Source: an uncultured Planctomycetota bacterium (GTDB lineage: Bacteria > Planctomycetota > Planctomycetia > Gemmatales > Gemmataceae). Taken from it: 64,000 nt of DNA. This document shows, in pieces, positions 19,222-30,465 of this stretch. Numbering within the stretch: the first letter of the stretch is position 1; each line of letters starts with the position of its first letter. The translations under genes were made by a program, and so were the position numbers. Below the pieces are notes generated by a model. It was not told where the DNA came from and ran no database searches. It worked only from the letters and a program-made list of their open reading frames with translations. The stretch spans positions 736,001 through 800,000 of the forward strand of contig CAWKHF010000006.1 in assembly GCA_963849325.1 (NCBI GenBank), read 5' to 3'.

Positions 19222-19497
19222 TTGGTGAGCAACGGCACCACCAAGCCGATTCGCTTGTCCCATCATGCGCGCGGTTATCTCACGCGCCGCGGCTTCACCG
19301 AGGTTGAGGTCGCCGAGACGATTCGCCGGAGCCGATGGCGGCCCACTTCCATTGCTGGCCGCTGGGAGGCATCGTGGGAATTCGGCTACAATAGCGACTG
19401 GAACGGGACGTACTACGCCAGCAAGCGCGTGCGTCCGATCTTCGTGGAGGAAGCGACAGAGATTGTCGTGATTACGGTGTACACGTACTTCTTCTGA
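19222..19497 (+). CDS. DUF4258-like toxin
   Basis: IRLSHHARGYLTRRGFTEVEV...IVVITVY; directly upstream of DUF2283. Confidence 0.75.
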   Translation: MVSNGTTKPIRLSHHARGYLTRRGFTEVEVAETIRRSRWRPTSIAGRWEASWEFGYNSDWNGTYYASKRVRPIFVEEATEIVVITVYTYFF

Positions 19498-19512
19498 AGG
19501 GGCAAGCCCGTC

Positions 19513-19746
19513 ATGCGAATCCGCTACGACTCCGAAGTCGATGCCCTCAGTATCTCCTTTCGAGACACGACGGTGACGACGCGGGAACTGGCCGAAGGCA
19601 TCTCGGCGGAATACGACGCGCAGGGCCAGCTTGTGGGACTGGAGATCCTAGACGCGGCGAAACGTCTGGGCGACCCCTCCACCATGCAGCAAATCATCCT
19701 GGAGGGGGTGGGCCCCGCCTACCCTATTGCGCCCGTCCTTTCGTGA
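19513..19746 (+). CDS. DUF2283 antitoxin-like protein
   Basis: MRIRYDSEVDALSI...EYDAQGQLVGLEILDA. Confidence 0.88.
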   Translation: MRIRYDSEVDALSISFRDTTVTTRELAEGISAEYDAQGQLVGLEILDAAKRLGDPSTMQQIILEGVGPAYPIAPVLS

Positions 19747-19757
19747 GAGGTCAACGG

Positions 19758-20213
19758 ATGTCCGCATCGCTCCGCCGTCAGGTGCTGCAACTCTATGAAG
19801 AAGTCGATGCCGCCGTGGCCGCCGCCGGTCCCGTGTGCGTCGCCAGCGGGCGCTGCTGTCGCTTTAAGGAATACGGCCACGTCCTGTTCCTCAGCAATCT
19901 CGAAGCCGAAGTCCTGCTGCAAGAGGCTCCGGCCTACGACCCGTCAACCGTGACGCCGGATTTTTGCCCCTTTCAACAGGGCAACCTCTGCACGGCCCGG
20001 CAACCGCGACCGCTGGCCTGTCGCGTCTATTATTGCGATCCGAATTATCAAGATACCGGCAACGAAATCACGGAGACCTACCTGCACCGTCTCAAGGAGT
20101 TGGCCCGCATCCATGACGTGCCGTGGCGTTACGCGCCGCTGCACCATTTCCTTCGTCATCCGACAGAAACCAGGGCGGATTTCTCCGAGCCGGAAGGCGA
20201 ACGGCCGGCGTAA
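19758..20213 (+). CDS. YkgJ-like cysteine cluster protein
   Basis: CVASGRCCRF, FCPFQ, CTARQPRPLACRVYYC. Confidence 0.75.
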   Translation: MSASLRRQVLQLYEEVDAAVAAAGPVCVASGRCCRFKEYGHVLFLSNLEAEVLLQEAPAYDPSTVTPDFCPFQQGNLCTARQPRPLACRVYYCDPNYQDTGNEITETYLHRLKELARIHDVPWRYAPLHHFLRHPTETRADFSEPEGERPA

Positions 20214-20264
20214 GCCGGCTGGTAGAAGTTAGCCACCAGCCGGCTTACGCCGGCCGTTCGCCTT
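20194..20264. repeat. REP-like palindrome, family 1 (perfect 30-bp arms)
   Basis: aaggcgaacggccggcgtaagccggctggt / accagccggcttacgccggccgttcgcctt; supplies GERPA* to the upstream gene. Confidence 0.92.
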
Positions 20265-20279
20265 TCGAGGGTCGGGGCG

Positions 20280-20672
20280 CTAGGGGCGATCTTTCTTCTT
20301 CTCGGTTCGCCGACCCCCTTCGCCCGGAGGCGGTGCATCCGGTCTGGCGTCCGGCCCACCGGGACGCGGCGGACGTAAGGTCTCCAGCTTTTTCCGCTGC
20401 TCGGCGGTGAGGATCTTCTCCAGACGCTGCTTGACTTCCTTCTCCAGCTTGGCGATCTCGGTCCTCTGCTCGCGCGTCAGCTCCAGCTGGTCCACGACGA
20501 AGGGCGGCAGCACCCTGCCCAGTTGGAAGCGCGGTGGGCCGTCCGGCCGGCCGCCCGGCGGCGGACCTTCTCTCTTGCCCTTGTCGCGCCCTTCCGGCGG
20601 CTGGGCGGCCGTCATCACGGCCCCGGTCAGCAGCGCCCCGAGAGCCAGGAGCTTCCACAGCGGTCTTGTCAT
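20280..20672 (-). CDS. Small secreted Pro/Gly-rich protein with LTxxQ (Spy/CpxP-like) motifs
   Basis: Signal peptide MTRPLWKLLALGALLTGAVMTAA; LELTREQR and ILTAEQRKKL. Confidence 0.65.
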   Translation of the reverse strand: MTRPLWKLLALGALLTGAVMTAAQPPEGRDKGKREGPPPGGRPDGPPRFQLGRVLPPFVVDQLELTREQRTEIAKLEKEVKQRLEKILTAEQRKKLETLRPPRPGGPDARPDAPPPGEGGRRTEKKKDRP

Positions 20673-20935
20673 GGTAGACCTCCTCGCCGGCATGTACCCT
20701 TTCCCGGCGGCCGGATGCCGGCCTGCGGCCGCCCGGAACAACACCCGAGGCATTGTATCCACGCCGACCGAAAGGGGAGATGAAGGATGAAAAAAGAGGG
20801 ATCGAAAGCGGCCATGTTCGGCTCCAGGCCGCCTTGTGCTGGCCCGAAGGACCATCGCCAGCTAGTTTATCGGCACGGGCGGCGTGGGCCGGTTCCCCAA
20901 CGGGAAACAACAGGAATCAACAACAGGAGATTGAA

Positions 20936-21703
<768 letters not shown>

Positions 21704-21974
21704 AGGCGGATTTCCCCACTAGCCCGGACGCCCGGGCTAGTCGGGTGCAACCGATCAGCTTGAGCATTTGCGGAAAAACCCGAAAAACCGTCGATTAAGT
21801 GGTGGACAAGCCCAACAACGGCCGGTACAGTCGGAGCAATCACTAGGATTGATCGCCCGGGTAGGATGGCCCTCCAGGCCGGACCCCCAGGCGGTTACGC
21901 GCAGGGAGAACGTCCTTCGTGCGCACGGAACGGATGCCTGGCTTCTCCTCATTCCTCAACGTCGGAGGATGCCC

Positions 21975-24666
21975 ATGTTTCGCTATCGGTGGATTCACAA
22001 CCTCGCCGGCCTGAACGCGGACATCTGCCGCAAACGATCAACCAAAGCGCGTCGAGCAGTACGGCCACACCTGGAATCGTTGGAAGAACGGTTGGCCCCG
22101 GCCGTCTTCGATGTCAACAGCCTCACGGCGTTGCAGCAGGCCATCAATGCCGTCAACCTGCCCGGCTCGGACGCCTCCAACACCATCGTGCTGGCGCAGG
22201 GCAATTACAACCTGTCGAGTCAACTGTCGATCACCACGGGGCACAGCCTGGTCCTCCAGGGCCAGACCGGCAACGCGGCGAACGTGATCCTTGATGCCGG
22301 CGGCGCCAACAACCGCGCCTTCCTGCTCGGCGCCGGCACCAACGTCACCTTCCAGAACCTGACGATCCAGCACGGCACGGCGCACGACAACGGCATTGCA
22401 CCGAACACGGCGGCGGAGGGCGGCGCCATCCTCGACTGGGGCGGCAACGTCACGCTCAGCAACGTGGTGGTGCAGAACAATCAGGCCGTCGCCGGCGCCG
22501 GCCTGGCGGCCTGTGGCGGCGGCGTCTGGGTCTCGGGCGGGCAGCTCACCATCACGAATAACAGCGTCATCAAAAACAACCAGGCTCTCGGCGGCGGCGG
22601 ATTGAGCGGAGGCACCGGCGGAGCGGCGTCCGGCGGCGGTATCTACGCCGTCAACGACTCCGAGTTGAGCATCAGCGGCAAAAGTGTCGTCAGCGGCAAC
22701 ACAGCTCTGGGAGGCAACGGCGCCGCCGGCGCCAAAGGCATCTCCGCCGGCGCGGGCCAAAACGGCGGTGCCGCCTTCGGCGGCGGCGTATTTGTCTCCA
22801 ATGCCACCACGGCACTGACCCTGAGCCTCAGCGGGGCGACCCTGTCCGGCAACACGGCCAAGGGTGGTTCGGGTGGTCAAGGATTCGCCGGGACGCAGCG
22901 CCGTCGGCGGCCAGAAAACGGGCGGCGGCGGCACCGGCGGCAGCGTGGGTAGTGGCGGCCTGTTCCTCCTCGGTTTCGGAAGTGTCCAGATCGGATCTTC
23001 GAGCCTGTCCGGCAATTTCGCCATGGGCGGAGCGGGCGGCAGTGGCGGGCCGGGAGCGGCCGGCAGCAACGGCGGCCTTGGCGGCAACGGCGGCCTTACC
23101 GGCGGCGGCGGCCTGGAGGCCGTCGCCAGCGGCGGCACGCTCAACATCCAGATCAACTCCTCCTCCACGGTGCAGACCAACACGGTCACGGGAGGCGCCG
23201 GCGGTGCGGCCGGTGCCGGCGCCGGGGGGGGCACGGGCGGCATGGGCGGCGGCGTCGAAGGCGGCGGCGTCCTAACCGGCGCGTTGCCCGGCTCCAACGT
23301 CAAGCTCTCGATCACCAGTTCCACGGTCCAGGGTAACATCGCCACCGCCGGCAGCGGCGGCCTCGGCGGCGCTGCCTTCCTCGGCGGCGCCGGCAGCGGT
23401 GGCGGCGGCGGTTTCGCGGAGGGCGGCGGCGTGTTCTCCTTGGGCGGCGGCTCTTCGACCCTAACTCTTACGACCTCCACGGTGGCCAACAACGTCCTCA
23501 CCAGCGGCGGCGGCGGCCAGGGCGGCCAAGGCCCGACCGGCGCGACGGGCGGCACTGCCGGCTTCGCGTATGGCGGCGGCGTCTATGCCAGCGTCAATAG
23601 CACCTCCGGTAACAGCCTTTTCGCCTCGACCATCTCGGGCAACACCGTCACTGGCGGCATCGGCGGCATCGGCGGCACCGGCACCAGCGGTCCCCGCGGC
23701 GGTCTGGGCGGCACCGGCGGCACCGGCGGCGCCACTCGCGGCGATGGCGTCTATCTCCTCGGCGCCGGCCAGACCCAGTTCATCAACTCGACCCTCGCCT
23801 TCAACAAAGGCACGGCCGGCGCCGGCGGCGCCGGCGGCACGGGTGGCTCGGCGACCGTCAGCACAGCCGGTAACGGCGGCACCGGTGGCACCGGCGGCGC
23901 TTCCCTGGGCGGCGGCGTCTACGTCTCCGGCGCCGGCGGCGCCACTTTCATCAATGTTACCGTCGCCGACAACAAGGCCACGTCAAGCACCGGCGGCGCC
24001 GGCGGCAATCCGGGAGCACCTCCCGGGACCGGCGGCAAGGTCGGCTCGATCGGCGCACCGGGAGGCAGCGGCCTCAGCCAGGGCGGCGGCATCGACAACG
24101 CCGGCAGCAATGTTTTCCTCACCAATACGCTGGTGGCCCTCAACGTCGCCGCCTTCGCCACCGACTTCCTCGGCAGAGCCAACAACAGCGACCACGACTT
24201 GATCGGCGATACCACCGGCAGTTTCGGCTTCAGCACCGCTCACGGCGACATCGGCGGCGGCTTGGGCGGCGTCGCCATTCCGCTCAATCCCGGCCTGGCG
24301 TCGGCGCTGGCCAACAACGGCGGAACGACGCTGACCCTCGCTCTGCTGAGCGGCAGCCCGGCCATCGGCGGCGGCGACACCGCCGCCACGGCGTTCACCG
24401 GGCCGAACGACCAGCGCGGCACGGGCTTCGCTCGCAAGACCAACGGCAAAATCGACATCGGCGCCGTCCAATTCGGCCCGACACCAACACCGACGCCCAC
24501 ACCGACGCCCACACCGACGCCCACACCGACGCCGCACACCCGACACCCAGGTTCCCCGACGCCGACACCCACGCCCACACCGACGCCCACACCGACGCCA
24601 ACCCCGACACCGACGCCCACTCCAACTCCAACGCCAACACCTACTCCCCACGGCAACCACCCCTAA
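21975..24666 (+). CDS. Gly-rich surface protein with LEPR-XLL-type leader, beta-helix-like repeats, choice-of-anchor-Q-like domain and terminal PT repeats (frameshift near 22895)
   Basis: [14 protein letters not shown]; repeated N..xGGxGGxG...GGG units; [24 protein letters not shown]...DIGAVQ. Confidence 0.8.
24478..24648 (+). repeat. Coding hexamer microsatellite (Pro-Thr)n in two tracts
   Basis: ccgacaccaacaccgacgcccacaccgacgccc... interrupted by HTRHPGS. Confidence 0.9.
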
Positions 24667-24696
24667 TCGATCCTGGCGACGGGGTGGGAACGAACG

Positions 24697-24737
24697 AGGC
24701 GGCCCGCGGACCACGAAGATCCGCGGGCCGCCTTTCT
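24697..24737 (+). terminator. Probable intrinsic terminator
   Basis: aggcggcccgcgga / tccgcgggccgcct stem followed by ttct, 30 bp after the stop. Confidence 0.55.
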
Positions 24738-24830
24738 GTCCGTTGGCGCATTGCGAGCGAATGATAAAATACAGGCTCCCTTCACCCCGCGCCCTGCGTG
24801 GGACCGCTAACGGTCCCGACGGAGCCACTC

Positions 24831-25790
24831 ATGACCCTCCTCTATTCCGACTCGCTTTTCCTCCAGCACGAGACCGGCCCTCACCCCGAGACCGCGGATC
24901 GTCTGCGCGTCGTCACGGCCCGCCTGGAGAAGGCCGGTCTGCCGGCGCGCTGCCGTCCGGCGCGTATCAACCGATGACCGAGGAGGCGGTGGTACGGCTG
25001 CACGCGCCGCGAATGGTACGCCGCGTCGCGGAGTTGGCGGCCAACGGCGGCGGCCGACTCGATCCCGACACGGTCGTTTCTCCGGACTCGTTCGCCGTCG
25101 CCCTGGCGGCGGCGGGCGCTGCGCGGCCGCGGTCGATGCCGTCGTGCGCGGCGAGGATGTCAACGCCCTGTGCCTGGTTCGCCCCCCCGGCCATCACGCC
25201 ACGCCGACGCGCAGCATGGGCTTCTGCCTGTTCAACAACATCGCCCTCGCCGCCCACCACGCCCTGACGGCGCACCAGTTCGACCGCGTACTCCTGGTGG
25301 ACTGGGACGTGCATCACGGCAACGGCACACAGGACGTTTTCTACGAAGATCCGCGTGTGATGTTCTTCAGCATCCATCGCTTCGGCATGGGCTTCTACCC
25401 CGGAACCGGCGATGCCGACGAAACCGGCGCGGCGCGGGGCTGGGCTACACGCGGAACGTCCCCATTCGCTATCCCACGGCACACCGGGATTACGAAGTGC
25501 GGCGCGAGTATCAGGCCGCCTTCCGCAGTGCCCTGGAGAAAGCGGCGGACAAGATCAAGCCGCAGCTCGTGCTGGTCAGCGCCGGCTTCGATGCTCACGC
25601 CCTCGATCCGATCGGCTCGCTTGGATTGGAGGTCGAGGACTTCGTTTGGCTGACGCGGCAAGTGCTGGAAGTGGCCCGGACGCACTGCGGCGGCCGTTTG
25701 GTGAGTTGCCTGGAGGGCGGCTACAATTTGGATGTGCTGGCGGAGTCCGTGCAGGCGCATTTGGAGGAACTGCTTTCCGCATCCCGCTAA
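24831..25790 (+). CDS. Histone deacetylase family protein (three apparent frameshifts)
   Basis: HETGPHPETADRL, LDPDT, RPPGHHA, GFCLFNN, DWDVHHGNGTQ, SAGFDAHALDP, LEGGY. Confidence 0.9.
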
Positions 25791-25809
25791 TTCTTCGGAG
25801 GGTCTGCCC

Positions 25810-26412
25810 ATGTCCGCCGTCATCACGCCGTCTCCGCAAGTTCTCTCTTCCTCAGGGCCGGTCCCACGGCGCTGGACGCGCGAGGAATATTACCGTATGG
25901 GGGAGATGGGTCTATTCCACGGCCAGCGCGTCGAGCTGATCGAAGGAGAGATCATGGTCCTCAGTCCGCAAAACTGGCCGCACTCCTCCACAGTTGATCG
26001 CGTGGCTGAGGCACTCCGTCGTGACCTGGGGGCTGGTTTCTGGGTGCGTACGCAGTTCCCGTTGAACCTCGGCACCTCCGACCCCGAACCGGACGTGTCG
26101 GTCGTTCTCGGCCGGCGCGAAGACTATAACGATCACCCCACGACGGCCGTGCTGATCGTCGAGGTATCCGAAAGCAGCTTGAGCTACGATCGCACGCGCA
26201 AGGCCAGCCTCTACGCCCGCGCGGGCATCGCCGATTACTGGATCGTCAACCTCGTGAACAAGCAGGTCGAAGTGTACCGCGATCCGCGGCCCGACTCGTC
26301 GCAGTTCTACGGCCACGGCTATGCCAGCGTCGCGGTCCTCGTCCCGCCCGCCGTGGTGAATCCGCTGGCCGCCCCGCAGGTTTCGCTCGCCGTGGCCGAT
26401 CTCTTGCCGTAA
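25810..26412 (+). CDS. Uma2-family endonuclease
   Basis: RRWTREEYYRM, VELIEGEI, PEPDVSV, VEVSESSLSYDRTRKASLYARAGIADYWIVNL. Confidence 0.92.
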   Translation: MSAVITPSPQVLSSSGPVPRRWTREEYYRMGEMGLFHGQRVELIEGEIMVLSPQNWPHSSTVDRVAEALRRDLGAGFWVRTQFPLNLGTSDPEPDVSVVLGRREDYNDHPTTAVLIVEVSESSLSYDRTRKASLYARAGIADYWIVNLVNKQVEVYRDPRPDSSQFYGHGYASVAVLVPPAVVNPLAAPQVSLAVADLLP

Positions 26413-26459
26413 CATCGACAGTGCCTCTCCCGCCCGCGACGTCGGACACGGAACCTGCC

Positions 26460-26807
26460 ATGAAACTCATTCTCGCCATCATCCAGCCGTCGAAGTTGGA
26501 AGCCGTCAAGGAAGCCCTCAACCAGGTCGAGGTCTTCCGTCTGACCATCGTGGACGTGCAGGGATTCGGCCGGCAGAAGGGCCATTCGGAGGTCTACCGC
26601 GGCCACGAATTGACGGTGAACCTGCTGCGCAAGGTGCAGCTGCAAATCGCCGTCAACGAGGACTTCGTCGAGCCGACCGTCAACGCCATCATGGAGGCGG
26701 GCCGCACCGGGCCGGAGGGCCGCATCGGCGACGGCAAAATCTTCATCCTGCCGCTGGAGGACTGCATCCGCATCCGCACCGGCGAACGCGGACCGGAAGC
26801 GATCTAA
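26460..26807 (+). CDS. glnB: P-II nitrogen regulatory protein
   Basis: MKLILAIIQPSKLEAVKEAL, GFGRQKG, GRIGDGKIFI, IRIRTGERG. Confidence 0.93.
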   Translation: MKLILAIIQPSKLEAVKEALNQVEVFRLTIVDVQGFGRQKGHSEVYRGHELTVNLLRKVQLQIAVNEDFVEPTVNAIMEAGRTGPEGRIGDGKIFILPLEDCIRIRTGERGPEAI

Positions 26808-26809
26808 CC

Positions 26810-27385
26810 ATGCGAATTCAGAAGGTCGAGCAGCTTACCAACGAGAAGTGGCTGAACCTGTTCGCGGCCACGTTCGAGCACCAGGGCCACATTGGCCGCT
26901 GGGTGTTCGCCTCGCGCAAGGCCCGGCCGCACGGCGGCGCCGGCGGCGACGCCGTCCTCATCGTGCCGATCCTGCGCACGCCCGGCGAGCCGCCGCGCCT
27001 GGTGATGGTCAAGGAGTTCCGCGTGCCGGTCGGCGATTACATTTATGCGTTCCCGGCCGGCCTTCTCGAAGCCGGCGAGAGCATCGAGGACACGGCTCGC
27101 CGCGAGCTGCGCGAAGAGACCGGCCTGGAGGTCGTCGCCGTCCAGCGCGTCACGCAGCCGTTGTACTCGTCGAGCGGCCTGACGGACGAAGCGGTGGCGA
27201 TGGCCTTCGTCGAGGCGCGGGCGACGCCGGATACGCCGCCGAAGCTGGATGCGTCGGAAGACCTGCAAGTGGTCCTGCTCGATTTCGCCGCCGTCTGTCG
27301 GCTGTGCGACGACTCGACGGCACGCATCGACGCCAAGGCGTGGGCGACGCTGTACCTGTATCAGCAGATGGGACGACTGATTTGA
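26810..27385 (+). CDS. NUDIX hydrolase (ADP-ribose pyrophosphatase-like)
   Basis: FPAGLLEAGESIEDTARRELREETG Nudix box. Confidence 0.9.
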   Translation: MRIQKVEQLTNEKWLNLFAATFEHQGHIGRWVFASRKARPHGGAGGDAVLIVPILRTPGEPPRLVMVKEFRVPVGDYIYAFPAGLLEAGESIEDTARRELREETGLEVVAVQRVTQPLYSSSGLTDEAVAMAFVEARATPDTPPKLDASEDLQVVLLDFAAVCRLCDDSTARIDAKAWATLYLYQQMGRLI

Positions 27386-27414
27386 CGCCGCTATCGGCTT
27401 CGGAGGGAGGCGAC

Positions 27415-27798
27415 ATGCCGTCGGGATTGTTGTTGTGCGATGATCTGCTGTTTGCCAGCCGCATCACCGGCGAGGCCCGCGCCCTGGGCCTGACGGTGAC
27501 GCCGGCTCGCTCGGTCGATCAACTCGTCGAGTTGGCGCGGCAGCAAGCGCCGTCCTGCGTCGTGGTCGATCTAGCCTGTCCGGGGCTGGTGCTGGATGAT
27601 CTGTTCCGCCGCCTCGGCGATGTGTGCAGTCCGACGCCGCGGGTGGTGGCGTATGGCTCGCATGTCGATGCGGCCGGCCTGCGAGCGGCGCGGTCGGCCG
27701 GCTGCGATCCGGTACTGCCGCGCAGCAAATTCGTTGAAGAACTGCCGCGAGCGCTGCCGCAGTGGCTGGCCGAGGCGCCCTCCGGGTCGGGAGCCTGA
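27415..27798 (+). CDS. Stand-alone response-regulator receiver-like protein
   Basis: LCDDLLFASRI, CVVVDL, VAYGSHVD; GGAGG RBS. Confidence 0.7.
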   Translation: MPSGLLLCDDLLFASRITGEARALGLTVTPARSVDQLVELARQQAPSCVVVDLACPGLVLDDLFRRLGDVCSPTPRVVAYGSHVDAAGLRAARSAGCDPVLPRSKFVEELPRALPQWLAEAPSGSGA

Positions 27799-27886
27799 TG
27801 TGGCCTCGGATTTCTCCTGGTTTCCTTGCGGGCCGGAGGATGGTATACTGTCCGGTGTGAGACGACTTCGCCCTTGGAGGTGAGCC

Positions 27887-28182
27887 ATGATCGACGATGT
27901 TCCGCCCCTCGTCGCAGCCGCGCAGGTGGAGGCGCCGTCTCCGGTGCTGCCGCCCGCCGGCGAGTCCAACCTGCCCGCGCCCACGGTCGAGCAGGCACTG
28001 CGCCGCCGATCACGTCTTCACCGCCTCGACGCAGCGTCATCCCCTTTCAACCTTGCTGGGCGTATGTACGAGCATCGCGCTGCTGCGTGATGTCGCCGTC
28101 GATACCTTCGAGAACGTCCGAGGAGGATGAACGGCCGGAGCGGAAGCCCCACGAGGATGAAGACGCGGACGGCGCGGATTAA
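27887..28182 (+). CDS. Small hypothetical protein (probably frameshifted)
   Basis: GGAGG upstream of ATG 27887; three overlapping short ORFs can be joined. Confidence 0.35.
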
Positions 28183-28346
28183 ATCGACATCCGCCCCTGC
28201 CACCTTGCCAAAAGCTCGAACCCCGTGGCAGGGTGGGGTGGATGACTTAACACATCTCCCATCTTGGGATTATGGGTTGGCGAAAGAGTATCCTTGCCAC
28301 GTTGCCGGGGTCTCAAGGCGACCCGTTTGATCGTGCGGCGCTACTA

Positions 28347-28949
28347 CTAATTGCTGCGCTCAACGACGGAGACCTTGATCTCGTTGCTCCTAATCTCGAC
28401 CTTGGGCACCTGTCTGAGCAGACCAACCAGCTTATCGTTTTCAGCGTCGCCGAACCAAGCGTCCATGTTGTTGCTGTTGGTAGAGTAGAAAAACCGGATG
28501 CGATACTCGCCGGTTGTCCGAAAAGTGCGTGAATTGAGCTGGGAGGCGAAGAAGAATCCATGATCGCCGATCTGTTGGTAGGGATCGAATGTCCTGCCCG
28601 GCGACACCTTGACGAAATTCTTCTCTCGCAGTTCGCTCACGTTCCCACACCCCTTGCCTCCCTCAGCAGCCGACTTTCCGTCAGGTCCAATCACCTCAAA
28701 ATAGCAGAGCGGATAACGCCACTTGCAGTCCGAGGCGTCGAGGCTCCCGACGAGATAGATGTCTGCGTTGGTCTGATTGGTTATGGCAACCGTGATCTTG
28801 GGCACCTTACCCAATTCACAGGTTCGCTCACCACGGATAGTACAACCCAACGGCTCGATTTGCTCAGCTGCCTTTCGATCGGGTATGTTATAAACGCATC
28901 CAGAGCCGAGGAGCGATAGAGCCGCCAAAAACACAAACGAAGTGCGCAT
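28347..28949 (-). CDS. Putative lipoprotein, candidate immunity/accessory protein
   Basis: MRTSFVFLAALSLLGSGC lipoprotein-like signal; last gene of the minus-strand Ig-repeat locus; visibly more AT-rich than the flanks. Confidence 0.65.
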   Translation of the reverse strand: MRTSFVFLAALSLLGSGCVYNIPDRKAAEQIEPLGCTIRGERTCELGKVPKITVAITNQTNADIYLVGSLDASDCKWRYPLCYFEVIGPDGKSAAEGGKGCGNVSELREKNFVKVSPGRTFDPYQQIGDHGFFFASQLNSRTFRTTGEYRIRFFYSTNSNNMDAWFGDAENDKLVGLLRQVPKVEIRSNEIKVSVVERSN

Positions 28950-28988
28950 GAGGCTCACCTCTCGCCAAATGACCAGCCGCCTCGTTTC

Positions 28989-29642
28989 CTACCGTTGCTG
29001 CGTGGATGGTGCCGCTGGCCGACTCTTTGTCTGGGCTTTGACGCGGGCCTCGTCCAACCGTCGCTTCAGTTCGTCCCGGCACTTCTTGACGTGCTGGCGG
29101 AATTCGACCTTATCGCGGTAAGTGACGCCGCGCAGCCATGCGTCCATCGCCACCACTTCCCGCGAGCCGCCGATGGCGGCCAGCGTCCTCGCCGCCGCGT
29201 AGCGAACCGAGACGTCCTCGTCCGATAGCAGGGCGACCGCCGGGGACGCCTCCACAGAACTGCCAATATCCTTCAGCAGAATCAGCGCGTCCGCCCGGAT
29301 CCCGGGGTCTGCGTGCGTCAGGTGGGTGACGGCGTACTCGCGGAAGCGGCGAGCACCCGGTTTCTCTCCATCGATTAGAAGGTAAACTTTGGTGACCGCC
29401 TCTGGAGTCACCTTAGGGTCTGAGAGGATTGCCTCGTATATCGGATACGCCTTCTCACCCACACGGAGCAAATAATGGTATTTCTTCAACTCCTCCGGAT
29501 CATCTAAACAGCCCCAGCAGAGCGCCTCACGAATTTGCCGCTCCTCCTCCATGGTGAGAGGAGGGGCCGCAGCGATCGCCGCATCGCTGAAAGCGAGCGC
29601 CATGAAACAAGCGAACACCAAATGTCTGGAACACAGTCGCAT
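28989..29642 (-). CDS. Secreted HEAT-repeat protein (paralog 1), candidate immunity protein
   Basis: Signal peptide; DPGIRADALILLKDIG, LLSDEDVSVRYAAARTLAAIG. Confidence 0.8.
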   Translation of the reverse strand: MRLCSRHLVFACFMALAFSDAAIAAAPPLTMEEERQIREALCWGCLDDPEELKKYHYLLRVGEKAYPIYEAILSDPKVTPEAVTKVYLLIDGEKPGARRFREYAVTHLTHADPGIRADALILLKDIGSSVEASPAVALLSDEDVSVRYAAARTLAAIGGSREVVAMDAWLRGVTYRDKVEFRQHVKKCRDELKRRLDEARVKAQTKSRPAAPSTQQR

Positions 29643-29724
29643 GGCGAGTCCTCCGTTGAGAATGCCGCGCCCTGAAGTGACAGATATAGAAAGGGATGGT
29701 GCCAGCCAACCTTCGCACCGTTAC

Positions 29725-30375
29725 TTACCGTTGCTGCGCGGACGGTGCCGCTGGCCGACTCTTTGGCTGGGCTTTGACGCGGGCCTCGTCTAACCGCTTC
29801 TTCAGTTTGTCGCGGCACTCCTGGACGTGCTCTCGGAGTTTGGCATTATCGGGGTAGCTAGCACCGATCAGCCATACGTCCATCGCCACCACTTCCCGCG
29901 AGCCGCCGATGGCAGCGAGCGACCTCGCGGCGGCCTGCACAATTGGCGTTTCTTTGTCCGATAGGAGGGCAACTACTGGCGAGGCATCCGCAGGGCTACC
30001 GATCTGCCCCAGCAGAGTCACCGCATTGAACCGTATACTGAATTCTGCCTCAGTCAACCGAGAGATAGCGTGCCTGAGGAAACGGCGCCGGTCCATTTTC
30101 AAGTTGCAGAGTACAAGAAGAACGCGAGCCACCTCCTCAGACTCCACCTTGGGGTCCGAAAGGATGGCTTCGTAGACCGGGAACGCCTTCCCCCCCATCT
30201 GGGTCAAATAGTCCCATTTCTTCTCCACGTCCCCCTCAGCTAAAATATTCCAGTGTAACGCCTCACGAATTTGCCGCTCCTCCTTCACATTGAGAGGAGG
30301 AGCGGCAATCACCCTGCCGTCGAACGCGAGCACCGTGAAGACGACGAACATCAATAATCGGGAACGCGATCGCAT
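29725..30375 (-). CDS. Secreted HEAT-repeat protein (paralog 2), candidate immunity protein
   Basis: MRSRSRLLMFVVFTVLAF signal; IRFNAVTLLGQIG, LLSDKETPIVQAAARSLAAIG; clear paralog of 28989-29642. Confidence 0.8.
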   Translation of the reverse strand: MRSRSRLLMFVVFTVLAFDGRVIAAPPLNVKEERQIREALHWNILAEGDVEKKWDYLTQMGGKAFPVYEAILSDPKVESEEVARVLLVLCNLKMDRRRFLRHAISRLTEAEFSIRFNAVTLLGQIGSPADASPVVALLSDKETPIVQAAARSLAAIGGSREVVAMDVWLIGASYPDNAKLREHVQECRDKLKKRLDEARVKAQPKSRPAAPSAQQR

Positions 30376-30465
30376 GTTGAATTCTCCTTGGAAAATGACG
30401 CACCCGAGAGGCAGGGCGAACAAATGTTCCGATCGCTAATCACAGCGTCTCCCGGTTCTTGTCGG

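Noticed and set aside
20245-20910. 221-aa ORF ending GERPA like the convergent gene
   Set aside because: The shared ending comes from the palindrome; the plausible gene is 20280-20672 in another frame.
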